A DNA stretch of 64,000 nucleotides. Origin: Strigamia acuminata (lineage: Eukaryota). A model generated the notes under the pieces. That model worked only from the letters and a program-made list of their open reading frames with translations, did no database searches and was not told where the DNA came from. Below are positions 12,001-25,582 of the stretch, in pieces. Positions within the stretch are counted from its first letter, which is position 1, and each line of letters begins with the position of its first letter. Location: the NCBI GenBank assembly GCA_949358305.1, contig OX442314.1, positions 10,540,001 to 10,604,000 of the forward strand. The letters run 5' to 3'. The translations under genes were made by a program, and so were the position numbers.

Positions 12001-15000
12001 AGTCATCGTTAAGTTTTGAAGTAAGAAATCATAAAAATTAGTGGCCTTGTTCGACTTGAACAAAGCAAATAAAAATAAGCCTAAAGCGCTCCTTGTGAGG
12101 AATATATTTTGACATTTATTCTAATTTATTTTGTCTGAAATTACAAAATGTATTTTTTTTTAACGTTATTTACACATAAATAAAATATTATTTTTTTTTT
12201 AAATTTAATTTTTAGATTTTTTATTTTATAAAAATTAAATATTCGGTGAAAAAAATACTTGGAAGACGGCGCTGACGTAACCCGAATTAAAACGTTAAGC
12301 CTAAAGCGCTCTTTGGGTGGCTTCGTTTATGCTTTTTTATCCTGTTTTTTTAACCGAAATAAAAAGAAAACGAATTAAATTTTACAGTTTACTTTAAAAT
12401 GTAATAGAACACGTGAATCTCTTCGTGTTTGCCAATTTTAGAACGAAAAAAATCAAAATATTAGTCAGCACTACTCTACTTTCGACTTTCACTGTCAAAT
12501 CTTTTTTACTTTTTCAACTTGAACTACATCCTTCTTCTCCTTACATCTATTTCTGGTTCAGTGTGACATTTGATCATGTTTTTCATCGTTTCATCATCAA
12601 ATCATTAGTCAAATTCTTTTCCCTTTAACATTTTCAAATTAAAACATTTTTTTTCCCCATCACATTGTCAGAGTGTTGGAATTTCAGACACACACTGTTC
12701 ATTTTATGACTAAGGCCACTGATTATATCCAAGTTGCAGACCCTAACATTTAACCTTAAGCTGAGCCCTTCCTACCAAAGCTCTGCCTCAGGGATCATTG
12801 CAATTTTGTGCAATCAAAGCAACTCCACACCCAACCAAAATGACGACATTTCACAGAGAAGATCAGCATCCCCAGCCAAAGAAAAAAAATGGACAAACAC
12901 TTGCCCCAAGAGGTCAAGGAAGCCGCACCTGTGGCTTATGAAAACACTAAGCAAAGGCAAAGATGAGGCTTCATGTTTCTATATCATTAGATACAGCCAT
13001 AACAGTCGGTTTTGTTCTTTTATTGTAAACAAAAGTGAATTATATAGCTTGTAAATGCATTGGAATTTGTTTTCTTTTGTTGGGTTTGAATTTAGCTACT
13101 AATTAATGTCATTTTGGGAAATTAGAATTGAGATATTCGATTTCCTTTTCCTGAATAGGTTAGATGTAATGTACGAGTAAAACATCGCCTCATTAAAATG
13201 TTTATCTTGTTTTGCTAATTATTTTTGTTTGTCTCGCAAACATGACTCACTTTCTTACACATACATTTTTAATCAATAAAAAAGGTTGCTATTTTTCATT
13301 TTACAGGTTCAATTTTCTTTTTTCCCACTTCCTGTCTCCGAGTCTCTCATTTGAATTTGCAAATGTCTTCGTCTGCAAATAGGCCTAATTAAAGTTGTAC
13401 TAAAATATCTATGGCACACAATGATTTTAATTTAAAAAACATTAATCATCGTTCCAGTGAATTTAGTGTTTCTCCTTTTTATGTCTTTTAGCAAATGGGC
13501 TTTTGTTTGGGACTAAAAATAATGTAAAACATGAAAAATAAAAAAAAAATAAATTTTTTTTTTTTTTTTTTAAAAAAAGGCCTAAAACTGGCAAAGTCAC
13601 AAAGTGGATAAATTTCTCCCCTCGAGTCTTATCCTAATTCCTAAGTCAAAAAGGGAGTTTCTTAATTGCCTTTTAAACGACTACCCTCCTCCTTATAGAT
13701 CTACCATTAAAATTGATTGGAAATAGACATCAATCATAAATATTTAAAGCAAAACCATCAACCCCATGTTTTACATCTCAATAAAACGAGGGTAAATTGC
13801 AATTTCCAACTTCCGGTTACGAACGACAATCAAAATACGCATTAATGACATCATTCATCGACAATTTATATTTTCCAAAAAAAAAAAAAAATTAAAACTT
13901 ATTTTTCTTGTATTTTCCAATGTGTGTTGACACAAACCAAGATGGATGCCCCCGTTTGTTAAATTGACATTTCTCCTTTCATCCCCTGCTTCTTTCTCTC
14001 AAATTATTATCATGTCTAAGGAAATTTGTGGTGGCGAGGGGAAAAAAAACAAAAAAAAAAAACATCAGAGACAGACAGGAATGTGAACCTTCTATTTTTC
14101 CCACAAAAACAAGGCTCAAATTGTGACATTCCAATCATTCAAACGTATACGCGAAACAACACAAGAAATCAATAAGCGAATTGACCTCTGCAACGAATCT
14201 GAAAGAGTTGACACGAAACAGATGCACGATTGAGCGAAAAGCATTTCCTGTGGGTCGCCTTTGAACATCCTGTTTCTCTCGTCGAAAGACATGTGCGAGA
14301 GTCAAACCCTCAAACCCCTTTCATCTCTTGTTGACACGACGACGTAGGAGGGCTCGGACTTGGACAACATCCCTCAGTCGCTTCTCTTCTTCACACGCCT
14401 TGTTGACTCTCCCCGCACCCTCGGCCCGGAATTCCCATAACACGACACTCATAAAGGATCCACTCATCAAACGCAAACTGTTTTTAGCTATTTATTTCTG
14501 AACGAGTTTCGAGCGACAGTTAAAACATCTCTTTTTAGGGTTAATTTATGGCGAATTCTTATCGTTTGATTTTTCGTTGGAATTAATAGATTCGGGTTTT
14601 GTTAATCGCGCGGATATCCCTTTTAATTTTGCTCATTAACAAATGGAGATTAGTTCAAATGCGACCGAAAACAACGTCGGAATTGAGGTCAGAGTGCGCA
14701 CCAATTATTTTAGCAATTAAACAGACCCACAACGGACGTGTGAGTGAAAACTCTTTTCCGCCTGATCCGTCAACGATTAAATCACAAATTTTTTTTTTTT
14801 TTTTTTTAAATTAAATGAAAAAAAATATTTTAACTTTTGTTATTTTTATTTATTTATTTTTTATTTGTTGTTTTGTTTTGGAATTTTTCCTCGTTCGCAA
14901 AGTGAGTCGAGAGAGGGGGGCAAAGCAAGAGCAATTCGAGTCGAATTTTTACACATCCATTAATGCTTTTTGTCCTGTGTATGGAAACCATGCCGCGCAC

Positions 15001-15417
15001 CCCAGGCTCGACGCGAACGAACCCCTCGGCCCGCGGGAAACACACCCCTGTCAGGTGGGCCCATCAACCCGGCTCTCAACATCGGAAAAACTCAATTGCC
15101 AACACCCTTGTACACCTAATCCCCCCCATATCGAATCAATAGAAACCAAAACTGCTTTTCTTCCGCTTTTTTCCGCCTTTCATTCAATCGCTAAGTGGAT
15201 CAAAACAACCAACGATTCAATTCAAACAAAAACTAAAAATTTTAAATAAAAATTATTTTTTAAAAAAAAAATTCTAATTATTTTTAAATTTTTTTTTTTA
15301 AATTAAAAAGAATAATAATATTTTTTGAAGTTGATTTTTTTGAGTTTTTGGGTCGTTCGCGGGTCCCAGAGCGAAAAGTGAAAGTTTGACTTACCTCACG
15401 AAATGTTGTACATCCAT
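3005..15417 (-). CDS. Ppn: Papilin (ADAMTS-like ECM protein), 5' part; 3' end lost at the gap
   Basis: Phase-consistent GT-AG exons: 15417-15395, 11442-11382, 8035-7842, 7050-6990, 6197-6095, 6033-5903, 5808-5685, 5616-5536, 5472-5300, 5121-4989, 4927-4801, 4736-4523, 4459-4277, 3733-3563, 3495-3316, 3259-~3118, 3053-3005 (truncated). The protein has a signal peptide [26 protein letters not shown], a basic RHRR site, TSP1 ([17 protein letters not shown]), an ADAMTS Cys-rich region ([27 protein letters not shown]), a spacer (YLNGNWRID) and several more TSP1 repeats. It then reaches GCKDSKYGC, the start of the invertebrate papilin Cys-rich repeat. There is no metalloprotease domain. Confidence 0.88.
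3745..4270. repeat. Intronic AT-rich minisatellite (AAAAATAATGTAAAAAGTGT-like units)
   Basis: Directly visible ~10/20-bp units with a higher-order ~82-bp period. Confidence 0.9.
7158..7513. repeat. Diverged tandem duplication, ~190-bp unit, in a papilin intron
   Basis: CTAAATAACGATTAAAAAAGCACTAATCTT...CCGTTTGTCG...GACCGAA...GCAATGGCG occurs at ~7158-7330 and ~7347-7513. Confidence 0.8.
10184..10234. mobile_element. Minimal (~51 bp) internally deleted copy of the Tc1/mariner-type MITE at 58898-59156
   Basis: Ends are CCGTATTTT...AGAATACGG. The internal AAGAGTCGCCCTCGAATA is the reverse complement of the TATTCGAGGGCGACTCTT repeats in the larger copy. Confidence 0.65.
10660..10935. repeat. Degenerate ~20-bp tandem repeat (TTTTGCATAAATTCCTTAA-like)
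   Basis: Visible periodic units. Confidence 0.75.
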
Positions 15418-16029
15418 CGTGTTATGGAGCACATGTGAGAAATGCACTTGTTGGGCAGTGCATGCAAATATCCCGCTGGACCTCTGAACTCTGCAATGTC
15501 GTCACTAATTAGGTGAGAGCAAAAGGAAGCGTGAGGGGCGCTAGCAGCAGACGACCAACTATTCGCCCCTCCTTTCCAGTCGTGCATGAGGCATTTGGCT
15601 GCTCGCAACGCTTCCTCACTCACTTTTCTTGACCGTCAAGGACCCCCCGACCTCCCCCTGAGGGGATTTTTAAGTGTGAGGGTAAAATGTAATTTCGCCA
15701 TCTTTTGAGGATCGTTTGTACCAAATTGCAGCTAATTAAATGGGGAAATAAATTCGAAATTTGCGATTTTTCAGGGTTTTTCATTGAGAAATTTTTTTTT
15801 TCTTTTTTTCTTTTTGGAATGTATAAAAGCGGTTGCTTGAACTTGGATTTGAAGCGTGTGCAAAGAATTCAGACAATAAAGCAATAAATTCATTTAGATT
15901 CAATTAGAATTTAATTATTTAGAAGCGAGAATGAAGTTACAAAGCCTGGTTTGCTATTTTAAAGTTGTAGAAAACGAGATTTGGAAATAAAATCTCGTTG
16001 GTTTGTATTGTAATTCAGTTGTGTGTGCA

Positions 16030-16200
16030 GTTTTTGAGTGGATTTCAACCACTTAAATACATTTTGAGTGAATTTCAACCACACAAATGCATTTTTGAGT
16101 GAATTTCAACCACTTTAATATGTTTTGAGTGAATTTCAACCATATAAATGCATTTTTGAGTGAATTACAACCACAAATGCGTATTTTGAGTGAATTTCAA
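16030..16200. repeat. ~31-bp tandem repeat (TTTTGAGTGAATTTCAACCAC core, ~6 copies)
   Basis: Visible direct repeats. Confidence 0.85.
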
Positions 16201-16609
16201 TGCACATCTCTGCTATTAATCGCAATTTATCTCAACGTTTAAAAATTCACAACTGAAAACAAATAAAATCATCTAAAAAATCAAAATTAATAGTCGAATA
16301 AACGTGGAAAATAGCACAAAATAACTATTTTTCGTAAATTCCGGCTAAATAACACTAATCTGGTTGGATAGTCGCCATTTTGTCACTAAAAAAAGCAGAA
16401 AAATCCGTTAAAGCATTATAAAAATTCAAATTTTACATTTATATTTGTATTTACCATCTAATTATCCGAGTCCTCATTATATACGGTATTTCCTTTTACC
16501 CTGCTTTTCAGAAGGAAGTTGATAAAATGCAATCTCAATCTTAATTTAAATTAAATTTCAAAAATAAAAAAAATCCAAATAAAAATAATTGTTTACTGAA
16601 CAATTTATT

Positions 16610-17412
16610 TCAGAGTTCTAACATATGACTGAAAGGACCATTCGTATCCATTTTCAGAACTTGTCTGTCGCCATAAACACCGCATACAACTTTACATTTC
16701 GAATCTTTATTTACAGTGTCACGCACACTGGCGACAAACTCGTCGTACAATTTCAATGCTTCTTCTTTCGAAGTATTGCTGTGATATTGAATCGACGATC
16801 CCTTAATTCTGCCACCAAGCGTCGCTTGTGGCACGATCATGATGTCTCCCTCGATATCTTGGATGGTGACCATACTTCCCACTTCAGACTCAGTTAACCT
16901 CACTTTAAAAATGGTTTTAACTGTCAAAAAGTAAAGAAAAATCAACAGATTTCAAATTTCAAATCCCGCCATTTTGGGTTTTAGTGTTACCCGCTTGTTC
17001 TACCAATTCCTGCTTACACTCCTTCAGAAAACAGACGTAGACGATCATTCCGCGATCGATCTGAATAAAGATACGACAAAAAAATGAAAAATTAATTATT
17101 TTTGGGTGGAAATTCATCGTTTTATACTTCTTTTGATGTAATATTGCCATCTGGATCGGTCACGGTTAAAGTAGCCGACAAACATTGCTGTAGTAACATT
17201 TTGAGACGAATTTCTTTCTTTTCGTTCGTTGCACTGTGTCCGGCCTCGCATTTCTTCCCACTTGATTTGAGCTGTACTACAGTAGAATGAGAAGATTCTT
17301 TTTCTTTTTCGGCGGTGCTTGCAACAGTTTCGACGCTAGAGAGTCCTTCACAAACTTCATTATCTTGTTTCGGGAGCGGGATTGCCTTTTTTAGATAGTT
17401 TAGACTGTGCAT
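16610..17412 (-). CDS. DTD2: D-aminoacyl-tRNA deacylase 2
   Basis: Exons 17412-17128, 17060-16991 and 16920-16610 give 221 aa from the first in-frame ATG; an alternative ATG lies at 17199. Motifs LLQQCLSA, RGMIVYVCF, PQATLGG, QYHSN and GVYGDRQVLKMDTNGPFSHMLEL match DTD2. A probable 5'UTR exon ends at the donor at 17506, with the acceptor before 17449. Confidence 0.9.
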
Positions 17413-17505
17413 TCTCAATTTGTGTCGTTCGCAGTAGCTCGTAAATTACCTAAATATTAAAAATTGTTCAAGAATCGCTTCAAATGACCCGTTTAACCTA
17501 ATTAC

Positions 17506-17594
17506 CTCGCAGATTTCAGTTGTATTCAACTAAACCGTTCAATTTTTGAATTCAGTGTGCGCGACCGGTCGGTCAGAAACAAAATGGCAGCCTC
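17506..17594. promoter_or_regulatory. Very short bidirectional promoter/5' region shared by DTD2 and COA4, with a YY1-type motif
   Basis: The DTD2 exon-1 donor (17506) is only 78 bp from the COA4 ATG (17584). CAAAATGGCAGCC overlaps the COA4 start codon. Confidence 0.55.
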
Positions 17595-17869
17595 CAGTGG
17601 GCATGAATGGAAACAACCCAAAACTGTAAATTACGAAGATGTGCAAGACCCAGTTGAAAATATGATTAACAAAACTGGATGTTTAGAAAAGCACAATGCA
17701 GTTCAAGTAAAATAAAAACTAAAAATCATTCACGGGAATTTCTAAATTTTTATATTTTTAGATGTGCATGTTTGAGCACCGGGATTGGCGGAAATGCAAA
17801 GCGGAAGTGAACGATTTTAAACTCTGCATCGAAGAACATCAAAAGAAGAAAGAACAACACACAAATTAG
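17584..17869 (+). CDS. COA4: Cytochrome c oxidase assembly factor 4 (CHCHD8; twin CX9C protein), 76 aa
   Basis: Exons 17584-17706 and 17762-17869 give ...DPVENMINKTGCLEKHNAVQMCMFEHRDWRKCKAEVNDFKLCIEEHQ...*, with a twin CX9C pattern and DWRxC. Absent from the ORF track. Confidence 0.9.
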
Positions 17870-18460
17870 TCGATATTTGTTCAATTCGAGATTTTATTTC
17901 TCAGTGTTCGTATTTAAAGTGTTAAGTATGCAAATGTTTTTGGTATCAATTACATCTCAAGAAATATAGTCCTAAAAATTGTACTTCAAAAGACGAATAT
18001 TTCGTAATAAAATAGAAAATAAAGAAAGAAAAGAATGAATCACTTCATTTGAGTGGATCACTTAATGCATTGAATAATTAAATAAACGAGAAAATAAAAA
18101 GAATTTACATCTAGGATCACATTTTCTTTACACCACGATTTATACAAATCAGACTCAAACTTTAATTGCACATATTCGAACATCATTCAAATTTGTTTCC
18201 GCTATTAGATCTGAATTAATTACACGACTAATAATTATTATCTACAAAAATGGTACAATAAAAGAATACAACGATAAAAAAATTGAAATCAATTTGGTTC
18301 AATGGCGTTAAACACGCTGACGTCATTGTGTTCGTAATAATGACGTCGTGTGTTTATTTTCCTCAACGCTGCCTATTTATGGTTTTTGAACTCACTACTG
18401 AGCAAAATGTTCAAATGGCAAATCGGTTCTGTTTTGTGGAATAAAATTGCGGTAAAAATC

Positions 18461-21400
18461 CTAAATTCTAGGATTGGTGGCTTTCCCGTTTTGGCCGTTC
18501 ACGATGTGCGGTGCCTCGTTGAATTCCTCCAACTCCTCGGTAATATCCGTCTCGGAAGACAATTGAAAATACTGTTCACTTCGCGTTGGCCACAGCAAAT
18601 GCGTCATCACGGCAAACGCCACAAAATCCACCGAATACATAATACCTAAAGAAAAAATATCAATAAATTATTGAAAATCGATGAATGTTACAAATAAATA
18701 TTAACAACCGATAAATTTAACCAATTAATATTGAAAATCGATAAATTTAGCGAATTAATATTGAAAATCGATAAATTTAGCGAATTAATATTGAAAATCG
18801 AGAAATTTAGCAAATTAATATTAAAAAACGATAAATTTAGCAAATTAATATTAAAAAACGATAAATTTAACAAATAAAATCAATAAAAACGGTTAAATTT
18901 AACAAATTAATGTTAAAAACGACGAATTTAACAAATAAAATCAATAAAAACTGTTAAATTTAACAAATAAAATCAATAAAAACTGTTAAATTTAACAAAT
19001 AAAATCAATAAAAACTGTTAAATTTAACGAATTAATGTAAAAAACTGTTAAATTTAACGAATTTATGTTAAAAACTGTTAAATTTAACGAATTAATGTTA
19101 AAAACTGTTAAATTTAACGAATTAATGTTAAAAACTGTTAACTTTAACGGATTAATGATAAAATATGATAAATTTAACAAATAAATATCAAAACATCTGA
19201 ATTCCAACAAATAAATATGAAAATTGGCTAAATTTAACAAGCAAGATCGATGAAACACGAACCTAGCATTAACTTAAACCTCCACAAAGCCGAAATATGA
19301 ATAGCAATCAGCACCAGCAGCGGCAGATAGACGAACCAAACGAGACTGCTCGCTCCGAAATGAAGGAAAAATTGCAACTTTTGTTTATTGTGCTCATATA
19401 ACATGGTTGTGCGCAACTCGAACAGGAACCATGCCATTATAGAAAGACGAATGAGAAGCGAAAGTCCACCCGGCCACGTCTGATATTCATCTATATCCTG
19501 GATCACATCCACCTCCGTCTAAAAAACAAAACAGGAAAATTACATTTTTCGCCATTAAAATCGAAACTCGAGCCGTGAAACAGGAAACACACATTAATAA
19601 CGCCTTTCCAGCTCACATTTACCTTATTCCAAACGTATAACATAATATTTACACAAAGGTAAATCGACCACACGAAGAAAAGTATGAATTTATGGATCAA
19701 TTCCTGACTCGTGATGGCCCATCCTTTCGCTAACAACAACAGTAACAGCATGAAGAACGTCTGTTTTCGAAAATAAATTCCATTTAGCAGGTGTTGCGGG
19801 TTAATTACCCGTGATACACGCTCGGGAGTCACGAGAAATCAATTACCTGAGAAAGTATGTCCATTATATCGCCTAAAACGCTGAGCGACACGTTCCCTTC
19901 GCCGTTAAAGGCGAAGGTTACGTTGTGAATAACGTTGAAGAGGATTCCGATTGGTTCTAGCAGAAGACTAAGTGTGAAGAGTCGAGTGATGAGGTGTTTT
20001 TGTCTCATTACGGCGCAGATTTGGATGGGGACGAGCACCCAATAGAGGATGAGAAAAACCACGTAGATGACTGCGCAATCCTGGAATTTTATAAATAAAT
20101 ATAATTCAATTCGGGGTGTGGGTTATGGTCGAGAAAGTGTGGGTTAACGACTGTTTACTAAGTTTTCATTGCCAGGAAACGGTTTATCGATTTATTGATA
20201 ATTGTAAAATTAATAAAGATAAGCGTGGGAAGGAATTGTTAGTTGCTTTTGTTTGGGTGGTATGGCAACGAAATCTAAATAAATTCGGAAAATTTGGTTC
20301 AGTTTCATGTAATTTCGAAAAATTTTAAGACGGATTTTGATAAATTTCGATAAATTTTGCTGAGTTTGCATAAATTTTGATAATTATTGATGAATTTGAA
20401 CAAATTTTGGTTAATTTTTGATGAATTTGGACAAATTTTGATTAATTTTTGACGATATTCGGCAAATTTTGAATAATTTTTGACGAAATTCGGCAAATTT
20501 TGATTAATTTTTGACGAAATTCGGCAAATTTTGATTAATTTTTGACGAAATTCGGCAAATTTTGATTAATTTTTGACGAAATTCGGCTTATTTTAATACA
20601 TTTTGGACGAATTTCGACAAATTTTGGTAAATTGTTGCATAATTTGTACATCCGAGTTGTAATTACAAACTACCCCAATAAAATTGAAAACATACACTCA
20701 GATTAAAAACATCTGTGTATTAACAAAATAATCGCCTCCAAACTCTTTAAAAACAATTTAATTCAATATACCTGACGATCAAACGAAAACTGATATTTAA
20801 ACGGATTATGGTGATTATTAAACGGATTCCCATTCACCAACCAAATATCAAAATCCACTTCAACATCCACCGCCGGATCAGACGTCCACGCACAACTATT
20901 CCGATAACACGAAACCATACTGAGGTACCAAAACCTACAAAACAAAAAAACATTAAAACTTGCAAAAATTCCCCCCAAAAAATCAAATTTTGCAAAAATT
21001 CAAATTTCTCTCATTTTTTCCACCTCGGTTGTGCGAGATCTTGAATTCCATATGTGAACTGGAAGCCAGGAACAACCCGGTCCGGCACGTCTTCGTCGGC
21101 GCAGATTTTCCCTTCCGGACACGGAATTTTCCGCAGAAAATCCTCGACTCCGTCGTCGAAACACTGAGCGTCGTAGGCGATCGTGTTGATCACTTTGAAC
21201 ATCTCCTGGCACGCGTTTTTCTTCGAGTCCAGCAATTGCATTCGATTTTTATAAAAGTCTACAAAATAAGTTTTGTCCGCGACGACGAACGTCAACGGGT
21301 GACTCAAATTCGTGCGCGTCGTAACATTGCCAAAGATGTATCCTTGAGTATTGCTTTTATCGAAATTGTTCGTTTTCTGGAAGCCGAATTTGGCGACGAA

Positions 21401-21499
21401 AATGAAGGGTTCGCGCGTGTTCCACGTACCCGAGACGTGTAGGCCCGACACGTTGGTAAAGAGCGCCGTTAGAAGCGCGATACATAGTTGCCGGAGCAT
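18461..21499 (-). CDS. GPR180/TMEM145-family (intimal thickness-related receptor-like) multipass membrane protein, 483 aa
   Basis: Exons 21499-21024, 20934-20772, 20080-19847, 19760-19623, 19518-19263 and 18645-18461 are phase-consistent. The protein has a signal peptide, a luminal domain (AKFGFQKT, DFLRKIPC, QPRFWYLS, QFSFD) and ~7 hydrophobic segments including LLLLLAKGW and YQTWPG. Confidence 0.85.
18660..19240. repeat. Intronic ~30-bp minisatellite (AAATTTAACGAATTAATGTTAAAAACTGTT-like)
   Basis: About 18 visible units in the last intron of the GPR180-like gene. Confidence 0.9.
20330..20640. repeat. Intronic ~31-bp minisatellite (GACGAAATTCGGCAAATTTTGATTAATTTTT)
   Basis: Several exact and degenerate copies. 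Confidence 0.85.
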
Positions 21500-21599
21500 G
21501 GTCCGTTCGTTGACTCTTGGGTTGTGGTGAATCGCTCATTCCATCGAGTCCTTAAGCAACAGCAGACAGAGTAGACATGTTACCCTTAACGGACGGGAC

Positions 21600-22205
21600 A
21601 CCTTTGCACTATCATATCGATTCGGTATCGGTCGTTTCGATTTTGTATCGATAACGGGTTTTGGCGATGTTGGGTTTTTGTTTTGAGATTTTAAATTGAG
21701 TAATTTTATTGTTTTTTTTTGGTTTTGAAATAAAAATAATTTGGATGAATAATAATAAATAAAATGAATAAAAATGGATGCTTTTGGTTTTGTTTTTATC
21801 AATTTTTATTTAAGTAAATCAAAATTTTCTTCGATAAAAAGATTTTTAAACAATTTTTTTATTAATTTAAAGAAATAAAACGAGATAATTTTTTGTGGAT
21901 TTCATTTATTTTAGTTTGAAAAATCGGAATATCGTTATTTAAAACGTTATCGGCTTTACATCGATATCGAATATATCGCAATGAAAAAGTATCGCCATTT
22001 GTGATGTCACGTATATTTTGGAAAAAAATTGGATTAAAAATAAAAAAGTGAGATTATTAACAGACATATTAAAAATTCCAATTTATAAATTTCTTAATCA
22101 AAATATATTTAAAACATTTATCAAAAAATCCCATTTCCATCACTGCTGCGGTACTAGTAAATCCCGCAGTACCGCGGCAGACGAGACTCGCTCCGCAACA
22201 ACAAA
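21600..22205. promoter_or_regulatory. Divergent promoter of the GPR180-like gene and PSMD8, with a DRE element
   Basis: Exact TATCGATA at 21646-21653, plus near-matches around 21615 and 21960. CGCCATTT (YY1-like) lies near 21993. The start codons face away from each other at 21499 and 22206. Confidence 0.55.
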
Positions 22206-23363
<1,158 letters not shown>

Positions 23364-25582
23364 AAGCCAAAATTTAATTTAAAATTGACGGTTGTATCGA
23401 AAAAAAGGATTAAATAAAAGATTTTTTGATGTTTTTAACTGTACATTCTGTCGCTTGGTGCCACCTGGTGAGGAAGTTTAAAACTCAAACGATTAGATGC
23501 ATTCAAAGTTTGTGATTTTATAAGTGTAAAGATAAAAACTTGCTCAACAGTGAATTTGTTAAAGATTCCATCATTTGTATGAGCATAATTATGTATTTAC
23601 CCACGTTTTAGGAGATGGATCTACGTGGCAGTCATTTTGAATTTGGTTGTAAAAACCAAAACCCGACACGAACCACTTCCAAAACAATTCGAGTGTGGTT
23701 TTAATTTTTGCGGTTTTTGGTGAAGGTTTTTGGCTGATTTTAATGTCCATTCTGTCCATCGAAACTCCATAAATGGTAAAAACAGAAACTTTGTATGCAC
23801 CTATTAATTTTTAGAGATTTTTAGCTTGTAAAAACGCTATATGCAATTACTCATCGTCTTAAATACACATGTAACCTTTTTATTATCATATATTTCTTTT
23901 AAACATACACTCGATTCAATACCGAGTATACTAAAACATTGTGTGTAATTTATTTTTCCAGCTAATCAAAACAACCAAAATACATATCGAGTGCTTAAGT
24001 TAAACATGAAATCTAAACAAATATAATATTTATTATACCTAAATCTCACGTAAATCCAACAAGAGCCGCAAGAGGATTTTATAGGATAAAACAAGAACCA
24101 AAAAAACTCGCCTCAATTTCCTAAACGAATTATATAATACCATCTAAAATTGTAAAATTGAAATTGACGGCCATTAAAGTGACTGAAACCGAACCGGGTA
24201 ATAAAGAGATACCCTTGGCAGTGAGAGACCTCAACAAATAGTGTTATAGTATGTACATCACGTGATTACATCCAAAAAATGCCATTTTGTAATCTAAAAT
24301 GATATAATAGCAATACAAAATGAAAAATAAAAAATGAATAAAAATGTTTCGTGAACTGCTACGATGGACGAAGCGGTAGTGACAGTGATCTTTGACCTCA
24401 GCAAAGCGCTACACACGTTTTATAAATGCTATGTTTAGGTTTCGTTTCTCCAAGTTTCCTTTACCCGTGTTCACGTGTTGCTCACGAAAGTTGATTAAAA
24501 CAACGGGCGCGGAGAACGGACACGACTTGACGCAACCCTGCACGTATTTTTAGGCTCTACGAGTACATAGATTGATATATATATTCGACTAGTGTATATT
24601 TTCTTTCTTAATAAATGTAGTAAACGTCATCCGGGTCCTTTTTTTTGTTTCAACCAACAGCCATTTTGAATGAGCCGTTTGCGATTGTCCACTTGCGACT
24701 TGTCTCAGTGTTAATTTGAATATTTTTTTGTAATATTTACAAGTACATATATTTTTTCTTATTTTTTTTTACTTATATAGAATATACTTATAGCGGGATT
24801 TTATTTTTTGTTTTCAGCCAATTGCAACCAGTCTACAGAAATATAAACAATTATTTCTAAACATCCAGACTGTTTTTTTAATACTAAAAATGGTTATAAA
24901 TGCTAAATCACAATTCTCCTAAATCAAAGAAGAATGTTTTAAAATAGATTATATTTGTATATATTTATATTTAGCTAGGAAAAGTTGCAATTTTAAGAAA
25001 TTTAAATGTGTGGAAATGAGTAAAAAGTATTAAAATTCATTTATTTTGAACTTATAAAGCTAAAAAAGTGAGTATAAACTGATTGCAAGTTGCCTGATAC
25101 AAATAGAAAGAGAAAATAAACCGCAACTCAATTTGTTTACACGACATCAAATACGAAATGCAAATATACCAAAACACAACATTGAGTCAAAAAATGTCAA
25201 ACAAACATTTAAAACACCAAAACTAAACAAAATCGCAACCAAATTCTCCCCCAAACAACAACAAATTACACGAAACAATGAAAAAATACAAATAATAAAC
25301 ACAAACCTGATCAAGAGTAGATCAAACCGACCCAAAACAGAAATAACACGCACAGCAAATCTCGTTTTATTATCACAAAAAACGAAAAAAAGAACGGAAA
25401 CCTCCACTCATACTTGAGATATGAAAAAGTTCACTCAAGTGCTTGGCATGAGCGGTGTGAACTGTGAAAACGCTGATCGTGGGCTCTCAGCGATCGAGTG
25501 ACCAAAAAAAGGATTTATTTATTCAATAAGACGCTCCAAATCTTTAATTTGTATTTTTTTCCCCATTGTAATTCAGTTTGCT

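Noticed and set aside
18688..19258. Repetitive NLS/NLT ORFs as LRR-like proteins
   Set aside because: They are translations of the intronic 30-bp minisatellite.
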